NCBI GenBank assembly: GCA_030295235.1
Contig: AP026147.1
Location: 1 to 64,000 of the forward strand
DNA length: 64,000 nt
Origin: Fistulifera solaris
Lineage: Eukaryota
Reading direction: 5' to 3'
A program made the translations under genes and the position numbers. This document shows, one piece after another, positions 34,099 through 46,886 of the stretch (position 1 is the stretch's first letter; each line of letters opens with the position of its first letter). The notes under the pieces were generated by a model. The model searched no databases. It saw nothing but the letters and a program-made list of their open reading frames with translations, and was not told the origin of the DNA.

Positions 34099-37000
34099 TC
34101 ATGCACGTTGGGCTGAGCTAGTCTTAGCATTGTCGCCGTTGGTCGTGAAAGCCTTTTGGCGCGACCAACATCACCTATGCCCCCGCCAATATCTTCCACT
34201 GCTACCTCGATGTGGGCGCCATCTCGCTTTCGTGTGATCCGAATGGAGCGCTCACTACCGACATCAAGCACTGCGCTATCTCCTTTTTCAAAAAACCTTG
34301 TAAAATAGCATCACTGAGCGGATCCTCTACGTAGCGCTGAGCTGCTCTACGCATGGGACGGGCTCCAAACTCATCCGCATGGGCGCTACCTTCGTTCAGC
34401 ACTTGCGATAAAAGTGGCGTATCTACTGTAATTTCCATTTCAGCACGTTCCAATGCTTGCTGGACAGTCAGCTCCGCCACCATAGCTAGTTGTGCTGAAT
34501 CCAGAGGAGCAAATACAACAATTTCGTCAATACGATTCAGAAATTCAGGACGCATCGTGAATTCCAGTTCATCTTTGACGACTCGTGAGAGCTTGTCGTA
34601 AAGCATGTCGGGCGAGTCCATTGATTGTATGATTCCTTCCGCAAATGTGCTGGCATCCTCCTCACTCCATTGTTTGATTGTTTCCTTGAAACTACCGCGG
34701 ATAGCTTCCAATCCAGTGCTAGTGGTAGCTGCCGACTCGTCCACTGCACTTGGTGGCACATCACCTACTTCGGCCCACAATTTCTGTAAGAATTCGGAAA
34801 CGGCGGGGTCTGTTTGGGCTAGTTTCACAAGATCCGCTGGTGAACCGGTCATGGAAGTGCGCAACGCGTTCATAATTCGGGAGTCGGTAGCAGCTTGTGC
34901 CATCAGCGCTCCAGCTTTAGGACTCGATTGAAGGCGTCTCATGATCTCATCGGCTTCCATCGGGGGTCCTTCTGGTGGAGTATTTGTTAGTGCACCGTTA
35001 ACCTTTCTAACTTCACTTGAATTCGCAGCATCTTTACTTGCGGGTAAATTGCTGTCGCCATTGATATTCTTTTTGTGACTTCGTACCGTCTCTAGAATTT
35101 GTCGGCTTCCCACATTCGATGTCATGACCAAAATAGTATTTTTAAAGTTCACCGTACGACCTTTTCCGTCGGTCAGTATACCATCCTCCATGATTTGCAA
35201 CAAAACATTCAAAACGTCGGGATGCGCCTTTTCCATTTCATCCAATAACACGACCGAATGAGGGGCTTTCCGAACAGCTTCCGTTAACTGTCCCCCGCTT
35301 TCGTAACCGATGTATCCCGGTGGTGGACCTGTCAGACGACTTGCTGTGTGTTTGTCCATGTATTCACTCATATCGATTCGAATGAGATTTCTTTCTGCGC
35401 CGAAATACGTCGCCGCAAGTGTTTTGCACAGTAATGTCTTCCCCGTACCAGTCGGACCGCAAAACAGCAGAGAAGCGACAGGACGATTGGGATCTCGTAA
35501 ACCCGAACGAGCTCGGCGAATGGCGCGCGCCACACTGCGTAACGCACGATGCTGTCCTTTCACGCGTTTCGAAAACTCTTGTTCCAAATCTCGCAGACGG
35601 TCCATTTCTTCCAATTCAATCTGACCAACTGGGACGCCGGAAAGCTCACTAACGACACGCGCAATGGTATGATGCGTCACAACTGGTTTCTCTGAAGTCC
35701 CACCTTCTTCCAATTGCGCCAACGAGCCAGCTTCATCTAACAAGTCGAGTGCCTTGTCGGGCAAGAATCGATCCGTCAAGTATCGTTCCGACAAGGACGC
35801 CGCAGCTTGCAAAGCCAACGGCGTGTATTCCACCGAATGATGACGTTCGTACGTCCCCTGAATGGCCTTTAAAATGTCGCACGTTTCCTCGACAGTCGGT
35901 TCTTTTACCATGACGGGTTGAAATCGTCGTTCCAGGGCACCATCCCTTTCAATGTATTGTCGATATTCGGCTACGGTGGTGGCACCCATGACTTGCAATT
36001 CACCACGCGCCAAGGCGGGTTTCAACAAATTGGCGGCATCCATCCCACCTTCGGCCGCTCCAGCACCGACCAAATTGTGCAATTCATCCATGAACAATAT
36101 AGTAGGCGGCGCTTTCGGATCCGTCACTTCCTTCAACACCGACTGCAATCGTTCTTCAAATTCTCCCCGGTATTTGGTTCCCGCCACCAACAAACTCAGT
36201 TCCAAACTCATCAAGCGATAACCCTGTAACGAGGGTGGACACTGGTCCTCGGAAACCAATATTTGCGCCACTCCTTCGGCGATGGCGGTCTGTGTACGTA
36301 AAAGCAATGGAAATGGTTGTGATGGTGATGATATAAGATATTACTAAATCATTTTCAAGCAAGCATGCCCAAGAATGTCGGTAACGCACCTTTCCCACTC
36401 CTGGTTCTCCAATCTGTCGAAACAATCCAAAAGTAAGACATGATGAATTTGTTTTAAAAACATCCGCAAGCTCCAAGTGTACGCACCAAACAGACATTGT
36501 TTTTCCGACGCCGCAACAAGGTCCGCAAACACGCACGAATTTCGGCATCTCTTCCGTACACCGGATCCAACAATCCATCTTGGGCCTGTTGCGTCAAATC
36601 CACGGCGACTTGTGCTAACGTTGGTGTTGCAGCACTGCCACCGATACCGGTCACCAATTCTTTGCCTTCCGAATTTGATTGCAAATGACCCAACAGCGAT
36701 TCACAGACTTGCAAAGCGGTGGCATTGATCGAACACGATTCTTGCAGTAATTTCCACGCGGCACTTTCCTCGTTCGCTTCTCGTTGTTGCTTCATTTCTT
36801 GATAGCCCAATAGTGCGAGAAACAAATGATGCGTCCCAATAATGGGTTGTGACATTTGATCGGCCAACTGATTGGCGCGACGCAACGTTGATTTCATATC
36901 GGGTCCAAAAGGACGATCTTCTTGTTGCGAAGCGGCCCGAAATCCGGCCAACCAGCCTTTTTCGTTCGAAGTCGTCGAAGTGCCGTACTCGCGTTCGAGC

Positions 37001-37329
37001 TGTTGCGTGACACGACGTGTGGTGATTTGATATTGTGTCAATGTTCGCCGCAATGCGGGTGATTCGGGATGTTCTAAACATCCGGCGACAGCGTGAATGT
37101 CATTCACAAACTCACTTTGATATTGATTGGCGAATTGTTGTCCTTTCGCAATGGCTTGCACGCATTCTTCGGACAGTCGTTCAAAGACTTTTAATTGTGT
37201 AGAAGTTATTCGATTAGGAGAAGAAGGAATGATAAAGGAGTGTATTGTTGTTGTTAATGAAAGCAGACCGCCCCAAAACAGGAAGCAATGAATCGATTTG
37301 TTGCCTTGTAGAAGACGCATTTTCAGCAT
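34099..37329 (-). CDS. Plastid-targeted class I Clp/Hsp100 ATPase (ClpA/C/D-like)
   Basis: Signal plus HSF transit motif, Clp_N domain, NBD1 (GEPGVGKT, DELH) and NBD2 ([25 protein letters not shown]). Introns 36414-36486 and 36290-36389. Two homopolymer frameshifts near the 3' end. Confidence 0.92.
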
Positions 37330-37995
37330 TGATTTTTTTCTAATTTTCTCCTCGTGCTTCTACAGCCGACGATTCTTCAAACTCCCTCGTATTTGATCTA
37401 GTCTATTTGAGTATGATCCAGTTGGTTCGCATGCTAATAATAAGGAAGTAATGACGGTTTGTTTATTTCTCTCGTCGTTTGCGAGAAAACAAAAAAGATC
37501 TGGCGCGAGCGAACGAAGCAAAGCCACGTCACTTTGTCAAAAGGGACTCGAATGAGTCGGTAGTCGAAACTAGGGTGTTAGAAGTTGTTGAGTTCGAGCC
37601 GCGGTGAGGCGAATCAGGTTGCAATTCATTCGAGTCGAAATAGTTAGATTAACGACTTTAGTAAAAAGTGAATTAACGTAGTCTACACAAAGAATTGTAT
37701 TCGATGCTGAACGGGAAAAAAGACGATCTTGCATTCCAAAAATCGCTGCTATAAACAAGGACTGAGATGAGAGAGACCAGACCTAGCACATGCTAAGGCA
37801 CGCGTTAAGGATTCCAACGAACTGAAAAGGTACCGAATTTACGAGAAGAGGAAATGATAAGAGACCATTATTCCCCTTGACAGCTTTACGACTCCTTTAT
37901 CGCGCTAAGACTTTGAGGGTCGCCGTTCTATTTTGTCGTATGTTTGTAGGAAAGTAAAATTCTTTAGCACGAATGTAATTTATATTTATAATGCT

Positions 37996-38616
37996 TCACA
38001 TTCTTTGTTGCTGTTGCTGTTGATCGAGCACATCCACCACACTCTTAAAGGCAAACGGCTCATTCGCCGCCAATTCCGACAATACTTTACGATTCAATTC
38101 AATCTGATGCTGTCCCAGCGATGACATGAATGTCGAATAATTCCAATCGTATTGTCGGACGGCCGCATTGAGTCGCAAAATCCATAAGGATCGCCAACGT
38201 CGTTTCTTGACTTTGCGATCACGGTAGGCGTATTGCCACGCTTTATGGACCCGGCGAATGGCAATCGAAAAGCAATTTTTGGATTTTCCGCGGTAGCCTT
38301 TGGCGTGTTTTAATAAATTTTTGTGCTGTGATGGGAGAGAGAAATGGGGTAAGAAAAACAGCGAGACGAGATTAACAGAAAACTGTCATGAATACTTTAC
38401 GTTTCTATCAAGGTATTCATGACAAATCCTTCTACAACACACATAAAGCTTGCATTGACTGACCTTTTTACTGGCAAGAGTACGAATTTGCCCGGCTGCG
38501 GCCGTGAGAGGCGACGAAGGAAGGAACCCCGTGAGAGGTGTCAAAGGATGCGTTGGCCCTCGCAACGAAGACGACGCCACATTCCAACAGCGTTGCGTAA
38601 GGAATCGCAAGGACAT
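37996..38616 (-). CDS. MRPL20: Mitochondrial ribosomal protein bL20m
   Basis: Transit peptide exon 38616-38464, intron 38463-38326, then HAKGYRGKSKNC..AYRDRKVKKR..LNRKVLSELAANEPFAF. Confidence 0.93.
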
Positions 38617-38744
38617 GTCAATTGTTGTGAGATAAAATATTGTGAGATGTAATGAAGAAGACGAATGAGTAACTGAAGATCAATAACAACATGAACAACG
38701 ACAGACTGTTTTTTGCGACGACAACGATGCGAGAACCGAGGCTG

Positions 38745-39010
38745 AGTGTGTGTGTGTATGTGTATGTCCGTCCGTCACGGGAGGAACTTTTTTGCCGCTT
38801 TTCTCCAGTTTTGCTTCGTCGAGTGGTTTTTGTCGCTGTTTGGGTGGCTTGCGAACACGCGAAGCGCCAACATCGAGTCCCGGCTACGGGTTCAGTCACT
38901 CTTTTGCTCTTCTGCTTTTCCACGGGGAACGAGCCCCCGCTTGCGGGAAGGGCGAAAAACGAAAAAAGCTTCCCCGCAGGGCGCAGGGCTAGCCTGCCGC
39001 AGGCGGCTAG
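38745..39010 (+). mobile_element. Helitron-like element, second family member
   Basis: Shares GAGCCCCCGCTTGCGGGAAGGGCGA with ~2849-2875; terminal hairpin followed by CTAG|T at 39007-39011; (GT)-rich microsatellite upstream. 5' end uncertain. Confidence 0.6.
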
Positions 39011-39393
39011 TAAATAATAAACCGACCGACCACGAAATAAACAAAACTTGTCTGCGATTCTACATTCCAGATTCCTTTTCAGCTTGGTCCATGATCCATG
39101 ACGCAGAACGCAGGATACGTGACTTCGAACTTTTTCGATCTAACGGACGGTTCGCGGAAAATCGACTGTGCGAAAGACAGTGACATTGTCAAGGGCGCGG
39201 ACTTTTTCTTCTACACGATTGTATCGACCAATTTTCGCGCCTCACACGTGTTCTTGTTTCGTGTTAAGCATTGTCTCATTCGTTTCTTGTTTCCAAGGAT
39301 TTCATAATCGACACTTTTTGAGACGCTTTCGTTCCCCCACAGAAATAAACATCAACCAGCACGCAACCATAGTAATCAACAATTAATTCAACA

Positions 39394-39864
39394 ATGATCC
39401 GGAATATTCTCATCCTCCTTTTGTCTCTCATAGCCGCCTCGGCCCAAGAAATGTCCTTTTCCTTTTCGCCCGAAGGACACCAGAGCAGTAGTAGCAGTAG
39501 CGCCGGTGCTGATTCCTGCGGCCTTTGCAGTCGCAACAACTTGAGTGCATGCACCAGTTGGGTCACGTCTCTCGATTACACCAATTACAACGTACGCAAT
39601 TTGTTTTGTGGCTGCACCGACCGCATTACCGGCGACAGTCAATGCTTCCGTTTCATGGATCGCGGACTATCGGAACTAGAAAGTTTCGCCAAGAATAAAT
39701 GCGGTGTTCATTTGCGATGCGAAATCTTGGATTACGATGCGGAACCAGACTCACACGTGTGCGATGAACAGTGTGCCGTTCTATTCATGGGCTGTTTTGC
39801 CAAGTGCTCCACGACGTGTGCGTACTTGTATTCGTGTCAAGCAATTGCGCCCGTCGGAAAGTAA
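39394..39864 (+). CDS. Small secreted 14-Cys protein
   Basis: Signal peptide, Ser linker, and a Cys domain that aligns to the C-terminus of 42358-43149. Confidence 0.85.
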   Translation: MIRNILILLLSLIAASAQEMSFSFSPEGHQSSSSSSAGADSCGLCSRNNLSACTSWVTSLDYTNYNVRNLFCGCTDRITGDSQCFRFMDRGLSELESFAKNKCGVHLRCEILDYDAEPDSHVCDEQCAVLFMGCFAKCSTTCAYLYSCQAIAPVGK

Positions 39865-40660
39865 GCGGTTGAACGTTTCGAAGACAGGACACTGTAATGC
39901 CAAGCAGCATAAACAGATATGTAATAGTATATACTAATTATGATAGAGGTGCCGAGCATTTTTTAGTTGTGTGGACTCCATAAAACTCCTTCTTTATAAA
40001 GAACCCGCGAAAAGCGCAGCAGCAGCTTGGCACTCTCATGCGACTTGAACCATATAAATTGTTCTTTCGTTTTATTTTATCATGTTTGCAAAGATAGCGT
40101 GGTTTTGATAGAAAGTTATGCAACTCGCGACGATTTTCATTGGCAATCAATTCCGTCCGTTTTGCTAGCGATTGTGATCTACATGTGAGTGATATTATTG
40201 CCTCGTCAAGCTGTAACTATGTGATGGAACATGTTACGGAGGAAAAGTGGATGAAATTTGGTTCCCGCTCGCTTGCTAGAGGGGCGATTGCCCACCCTAT
40301 CAATTGACTATAGACGTAAACTGTATGCGACCTTTATCACGACTGGATTTCAGTCACGAAGCGGGTTTTCCCACCTCTTCTGAATGCTATACTATGAAAG
40401 TCCTGGTGCGACGTCTGACCTTTACTTCGGCAACGCGAAGCCAAACACGCACGACGCGAAGCAACCGCGTCCATCCGCGCCGCCGACCTCGATGATTTTT
40501 TTTAGTTTTTGTTGACAGGAAAGTGTCGGTTATTGTCGGTGAATGTTGAAGGCTCTATTCGAATAGAGAGCATCACAACACAAGCACATAACTATTTACT
40601 TTGATTCTCGTTTGTATGCGCTAGAGCGAGAGGAATACAAGCTACAACACATCTACAATA

Positions 40661-42076
40661 ATGATTTGGTTGCGCAACGCCATGCCGATCGGCTGGAGGC
40701 GACGTTATTGCTCGCTCTCTTCCTCTTTAGCGACCACAGCCACTCGTACTCTGATTATTAGTAATAGTTGTCACAGTAGTTTACGATCCGATGTCGAAAT
40801 GATTGCTGCGAATCATCGGATAGCGGCGGCTGCTGGTCCGTTATCGAGGAACACTTCTCACAGCAACAATCTACAACAGCGGTCCTTTGCTGCTTCTACG
40901 GCTCCTACAACCACAAATAATGATTCCGAAATGAAAGACGAATACGGTGCCATGGATGATTCCGGTCATACATTTGTTTACCAGAATTTCGTCTTGGAAA
41001 ATGGACAAGTACTGCCGGAAGCGCAATTGCGCTATCAAACGTACGGCACTTTGAATGCTACCAAGGACAACGTGTTGGTGGTCTGTCACGCCTTGACCGG
41101 CAACGCCAGTTTACATGCGTGGTGGGGCGATTTGTTGGGAGATCAACTGGCTTTTGATACCTCGCAGTATTTTGTCGTTTGTTGCAACCTGTTGGGGTCC
41201 TGTTACGGCAGTACCAATCCTACTTCATTGAATCCGCGCACGGGACGTCCGTACGGCAAAGACTTTCCCGATGTCAGTGTGCGTGATTCGGTCCGTTTGC
41301 AATTGCTGTTGTTGCAACAAGAACTGCAGTTGCACTCGGTCAAAGCAGTGATTGGTGGGAGCTTTGGGGGCATGCAAACGTTGGAATTTGCCGTACAAGC
41401 CGGATCGTCCGCGAATGAACTCGAAGAGGATGATGCACCCGCGTATTTGCAAGACAATTTCTATGACACCGAGGGCAACCCCTTTGTCCGTAGTGTCATT
41501 CCCATTGCGTGTGGCGCCCAGCACACGGCATGGCAAATTGCCATTTCCGAAGTGCAACGTCAAGCGATTCAAAAAGATCCGCATTGGGAGAACGAACCCG
41601 AAAAGGCCACGGCTGGATTGGAAATTGCGCGGCAATTGGGAATGGTCACGTACCGTACTCCTAAAGGATATCAAACCAAATTCGGGCGCGATTTGATGGA
41701 TAGTACTTCGCCGGCGTACGGCACGAAGGCGCGTTGGCAAGTGCAAAGTTATTTGGAATACCAAGGACAAAAGTTTCTCAGTCGCTTTGATCCCATTACG
41801 TACGTGAAACTCACGGAACAAATGGACAGTCATGATTTGGCGCGTGGTCGTGGAGACAGTTTGGAAGAAGTCTTGCGTCGTGTCACGATTCCGGCGTTGG
41901 TGCTCGGCATTGATAGTGATGTCTTGTATCCACTCGCGGAACAAGAAGAATTGGCGGAATTGTTGCCGGGAGGTACTTTGAAAGTTATTCATTCGGAAGA
42001 TGGACATGATGGCTTTTTGTTGGAACAAGAACAGGTGGGACAGCATATCATTGATTTTCTGCAGCTTCGTGAGTAA
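40661..42076 (+). CDS. MET2: Homoserine O-acetyltransferase (MetX/Met2 family), mitochondrial-type leader
   Basis: VCHALTG, GSCYGST, nucleophile GGSFGG, RFD, SDVLYP and GHDGFLLE. Confidence 0.92.
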   Translation: MIWLRNAMPIGWRRRYCSLSSSLATTATRTLIISNSCHSSLRSDVEMIAANHRIAAAAGPLSRNTSHSNNLQQRSFAASTAPTTTNNDSEMKDEYGAMDDSGHTFVYQNFVLENGQVLPEAQLRYQTYGTLNATKDNVLVVCHALTGNASLHAWWGDLLGDQLAFDTSQYFVVCCNLLGSCYGSTNPTSLNPRTGRPYGKDFPDVSVRDSVRLQLLLLQQELQLHSVKAVIGGSFGGMQTLEFAVQAGSSANELEEDDAPAYLQDNFYDTEGNPFVRSVIPIACGAQHTAWQIAISEVQRQAIQKDPHWENEPEKATAGLEIARQLGMVTYRTPKGYQTKFGRDLMDSTSPAYGTKARWQVQSYLEYQGQKFLSRFDPITYVKLTEQMDSHDLARGRGDSLEEVLRRVTIPALVLGIDSDVLYPLAEQEELAELLPGGTLKVIHSEDGHDGFLLEQEQVGQHIIDFLQLRE

Positions 42077-42357
42077 GTAAGGAAGAGAATAGATTAGTTG
42101 CTCAAGTTATTGTCAGGCAATAGAAAAAGAGATTTGATCAAGAAACCCATTGTTATGCTAAACAAAATTGCTCAAGCTTACTTACTTAGAGTTGTATTCA
42201 TCATAGTGAAAATCATCTGTGTACGCAGAAGATAGTGGTGAAAAACAATCACATCTATCTACAGTTATAATAGTCTCTATGCCCCCATGCAACATCAGCT
42301 CGTCCGGGCTGAAATGGTGGTCACGAATTTTGCCAAAGTTGGACACCCGCTCTTGAC

Positions 42358-43149
42358 TTAAACTGTCTTGATAACCGTGCAAGCAATATTGTAAGCGCAA
42401 GAAGTACTGCAGCGGGCAAAGCAACCAAAGCCCACCGGGCAAATGCCGGTGCACGAATGAGAACCAGGTTCCGGATCAAAGTCGACAACATCGCAACGAA
42501 GGTGCACTCCGCATTCATTGACAGCAAACTCTTCCACGTCGGCAATACCGTCATCCGCGAATCGAAGGCACTGACTTTCAGGAGTAATTCGGTTGGCGCA
42601 TCCGCAAATGAAGTTAAAGACGCGGTAGTCACTGAAAGTGGGAGCGTAAATCCACGAAACGCAATCTCCGGGGGTTTCCGCACTGCAGGTTCCACAGGTC
42701 AAGCCACTGCTGCCACTATCGTCTTTGCTACTCTTGGTATCATCCTTGTCGTCGTTGTGGTGGTTCGTGCTCATGTCCTTGGACGGTTTGCTGTCTGTTG
42801 TAGCATCGCTGGTAGGGTCACTCACGTCGACGACAGGAACGTTGACATCCGGAACGTCCACATCTTCATCACCAGTGTCAACTGGAGGTTCGGTTTCTGT
42901 TGGGGTGCTAGTTTCCGATGGGTAGCTAGTTTCGGAGGGGCTACCAGTCTCCAATGGAGTTCCCGTCATCGGATCCGACAAAGCAAGGCCCAAGCCCGAA
43001 ATATCGGTGGCTAGATCGGAAGGAGGAATGGTAGCAGGATCGTCCGTGCTTAGACTGTCTTTGCTGCCAGTTCCGGAGTCCGAAAATGTGCCCTCCGCAG
43101 CAAGAGCAACTCCAAAAACGGAGACAAGAGCGATCAACTTGAATTTCAT
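42358..43149 (-). CDS. Secreted mucin-like protein with C-terminal 14-Cys domain
   Basis: Signal MKFKLIALVSVFGVALA, S/T/D/P-rich stalk, and Cys spacing shared with 39394-39864. Confidence 0.85.
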   Translation of the reverse strand: MKFKLIALVSVFGVALAAEGTFSDSGTGSKDSLSTDDPATIPPSDLATDISGLGLALSDPMTGTPLETGSPSETSYPSETSTPTETEPPVDTGDEDVDVPDVNVPVVDVSDPTSDATTDSKPSKDMSTNHHNDDKDDTKSSKDDSGSSGLTCGTCSAETPGDCVSWIYAPTFSDYRVFNFICGCANRITPESQCLRFADDGIADVEEFAVNECGVHLRCDVVDFDPEPGSHSCTGICPVGFGCFARCSTSCAYNIACTVIKTV

Positions 43150-43545
43150 GGTGAAAGAAAGACGAGTGTTTGCTAACAAATGTAGTGAAGAAAAAGTGTG
43201 CAAAAACGTGCGAGAGGAGCAAACGGTTGCGATTTTATTGCGGGAACCCTCAACGGCAGATAACACAATTATTATAGCATTTTAAGTACACGAACATGGT
43301 TTTGGAAAAGACTTCAGTACTGCGATTCGCTGAGACTGACCGTTGACGATTCGCTCAATTGTCAAGGTCTATACAATTCAGTAGGGTTGCGGCTATACAC
43401 GCGGTTTTCAAGAGGCAGAGGCCGTTCGACATCGGATGATTCTCGTAACGGTACTCAATAGGCTTAAAACCAAACAACGTTACGTACGGCGATGTCATTT
43501 TTCTATGATTGAAGTCAAATATTCGTTTCACAGCTAATAAGCACA

Positions 43546-46454
43546 TTATGAGTGTTCACCTATAACGATTTCGTTCGCCTTCACTACCAATTCCTTTAGC
43601 GTCTCATTCAAACGCTGAAGCTTACGATTTCTCTCCGTCTGCTCCATGGCTTCCTCTTGTAAGGTTTCCAGCGAATTGCGCTCTCGCTCCCGCTTCCGTC
43701 GTGAAAGAATTATTGTCATTCGTCGCTTCCTCTCGACTTTGTCCGACTCGTCCTCGTGCAAAAGAAGCTTATTGCGTGGAATCAGGTATCTCGCTGAAAG
43801 TTCTTCTTCCCTACTATTCGTAAACAGACCCCATTCGTATCGGACTCGTAGCTCTTGCCACTTCACAAAATCGTCAAAACCTAATCGACCGAACAGTGCC
43901 TTGGGTAAGCTTTCTCTTAAATATCCATAGTCTAAGAGATTTTGCAATAAATCTTCTCTTGAAGTACCGACATGTGTCTTCACAGCAGGCGCCCCCAACA
44001 CGTGTTGAAAATCCAATGCACTCTTTGTCGTGTTCAATCTAGCCTCCATCGAGCTTTCAACAAAAACGTCCGCTGGGCATAAGTCCAAACCCAGAATGTG
44101 CACTTGATGAACGCGAACAGGCATTACAGGCAGTATTGTATCCACAAAGTGCTCTTTGAAAACGCGGTCGAAGCTTGGGTCTGACCAAAAGTATAACAGA
44201 TTGAACCCTTTCATTTGAGATATCACATTCTCAGACATGATCGAAAGCATGTAAAATTTGCATCGCGCTCGCGATAAGCTGGAGGTGGACTTTTGTAACT
44301 TCGTACCATCGCAATATAGTACGCTTTCCCCGCTTTTGACACATGGTAATTGCATAAGGTAGCCGGTCTGGAGGACGGTAACATCTTTTCGCTCGAGAGC
44401 GCCCTCAAAAGATTGATTGAGTGGGAGAAAGGCGCGATTGCCAAACAAGTCCTTTCGTACTTCCCAGTACTTTGCGTACATGCTGGCAGCCTTCGTAGCG
44501 TTGCAGCCCGTAAATCGCAGAAAACTTTCCCAAAGACTTTCTTGCTCAGACAGCTCGGGTGATTTGTCGAGCGCTTCCAGGTATGCAACTTTGTTTTCAT
44601 CGGGGATGAGTGCCAGAGCAGTCCGCATGGCTTTGATTGCCGAAGATGTTACCTCTACATTTGTAACCGAAACATCACCCTCTTCCAGCCTCTGGCTCGC
44701 AAGGAACTCCATAGGCCCATCCTGTCCACCCGCTTTCTTCGGAAGACCTTCCCTAGTCACGCCCAGTGCCTCAAACGTTCGATGCATCTCCTCCTGGGCC
44801 TCGACACCGACCGAAAAATGTACATTTTGATCTCCACCGAACAAAGTTGTGAACATCCGGACAAGAAATTTACAACAGAATTCAGTAAAGACGCTCCACC
44901 CGGACGGACAAAAGATAATCTGAGTAGTAATGGGTCTAAGTGGGAAGCTTGCTTTCAAGATCTCTCCGACTCGTACAACATTTGCTCTCCATCGTGAATC
45001 GATGACAGGGATCTGGATGTGAGAGACCATTGGTATCCCAATAAATTCACCTCGATTCGAAAAAGACTCTTTCAGCACTTTTGACGCAACGTAGTACAGT
45101 ACTTTAACGCGCATTTTGAGATCCATTACGGGATCCGAGCTCATCTGTAGAAGAGGCTCTCCGCACCATACCGGACGACCACATTTACTATTCCGCGGCA
45201 GAAACTGCGATCCTACCTCCAACGCCATTTCCCCGTCTGGGCCCATAGCTCCATTTATTGTCATCGGCAGAAATGCTCGGTCTTCAAACATTTCAACACG
45301 GTACTTCCAATAATTGCAAAGTCGTATAGCCTTAAAGCGATATACATTTTAGCATGACAGATACATAAGCACACAGGCAGATGTAACGTACCGCAGCCGC
45401 AAAATTAAAATCATCAAAATCAAGAAATCTCAAAGGCGGTGATTCTGTTTCTACCAGCTCGGATGCTCGCCGAGTGGCTTCGACGTACGCAGCTTTCTCG
45501 CTTTCGGGAAGGAGACAAATGGCTTCATGAAGGCATTTCAAAGCGCAGAACCTGTCATCCGACTTAGGATTCACAATCGATGAAGTAGTGGCTGTTGCAA
45601 CAAATCCAAATTTTGCTAAAAAGCGAGGAAATTCGACACTCGATTGATAGCTACCGCCCAGCGCAGGAGGCAAGGCACTGGCAAGTATACCGTGTGGTAT
45701 CAACTTCACCAACGCTTGCGCTGGAGTCCCACAGTGATGAACCCCAAAATGACAAGGGATAACTTGCCACATTCGGAAAAAGAGAAAAGAATTCTCGACA
45801 AACCCTAAATGAGCGTCAGCATCCAAAACGAGATGAATTGCTTTGAGATGAGCCGGAAACGCCTTCGTGCTAAGTTCCATGGTCTTTGAAGCAACCCTAC
45901 TTTCGGTCCGTTTCGAGGTCCTAAAGTGAATTACAAACTGATAGCCCTTTCCGCGTAAGGCGTTGACTCGATGTCGCGATAGAAGCTGTAGAATGAAAAA
46001 GTCGCGGCGTATTGCTGACTCGATCGAGAAATCAACGCCATCGGGCTCTAGACTGCGATCAACAACCACTGTATCTTCCGCGGTGAGCTGAAAACTTCCC
46101 GTAGAAAAAAAGCCTCAAGTCTTCTCCTGTGAGAGCGCCATTTCCGCTTAAATCTAAGACTGGCAGAAAAGCCCGTTCCCCAAATAATTCCTTGCGCTTT
46201 TCCCAGTAGGTGACAATACGCGTGGCTGCATTCCAGATGTCGAAATCCGCAAAGATAAGAAACTGCATCGGATCGGACTCGGTCTTGACAAGTTGAGGGC
46301 ATCTTACGAGTGCTTCTCGGTAAGCCGTTTGTTGTTGAAGAGGTATTTGAGCGAGGGAGTCTTGAAGTTGCTCAAGGGCGCGGCGATGCAATACCACGCT
46401 GGAAGCAGCTGTTTCCGCTTCCGTCGCGGCAAGTATCTGCGAATAATCAAACAT
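43546..46454 (-). CDS. Triple CRAL-TRIO-like domain protein with C-terminal bZIP-like region, paralog 1
   Basis: Three repeats of P.LV..ES.P..FL...AA.R...YW..R...FG.RAFLP; basic region ERKRR..SRRKRERER with heptads; intron 45331-45391; frameshift near 46090-46110. Confidence 0.7.
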
Positions 46455-46886
46455 CCTCTTTTTAAAAACGAATGAAAATCTTCAATCGCGTTGATTGTTA
46501 GCAGCAATTGGCTCACACACAAAAAAGGACAAAATTTTAGAAAACGGCATAAAAATAAGACGGGTGCAGAAACGCGAACGCATGATGTCTCTCGCTTGAG
46601 ATGCTTCCGGCCTTGTGTCTCGCAAAAGTATCAGATCAGTCACGCTGAGTCGGTCCCGCCTATGTTGCCTGTACTCGCGAGATTTGAATACTGCGAACTA
46701 GATCCATGTTTTCTGCTATAGCTGAAAAGACACAATTTCGTCGACGCATATAAAAATAGCAGAACGGTGGCCAAAGAGAAACAAACAAGCATCGCAAACT
46801 AGGACACCCGTATTGCCCTAATCACTACTTCTCAAATCCTAGACTTTACAGATTTTTCTAAAAGGCCACAATGTGGATCACTTCCA

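Larger units (their letters stand above)
21520..34690. repeat. Tandem segmental duplication (unit 1 ~21520-25363, unit 2 ~25364-34690)
   Basis: 21520-22560 resembles 25364-26290, and 23480-25363 resembles 32800-34690. The junction near 25363 fuses clp 3' sequence to module-gene sequence. Confidence 0.85.
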
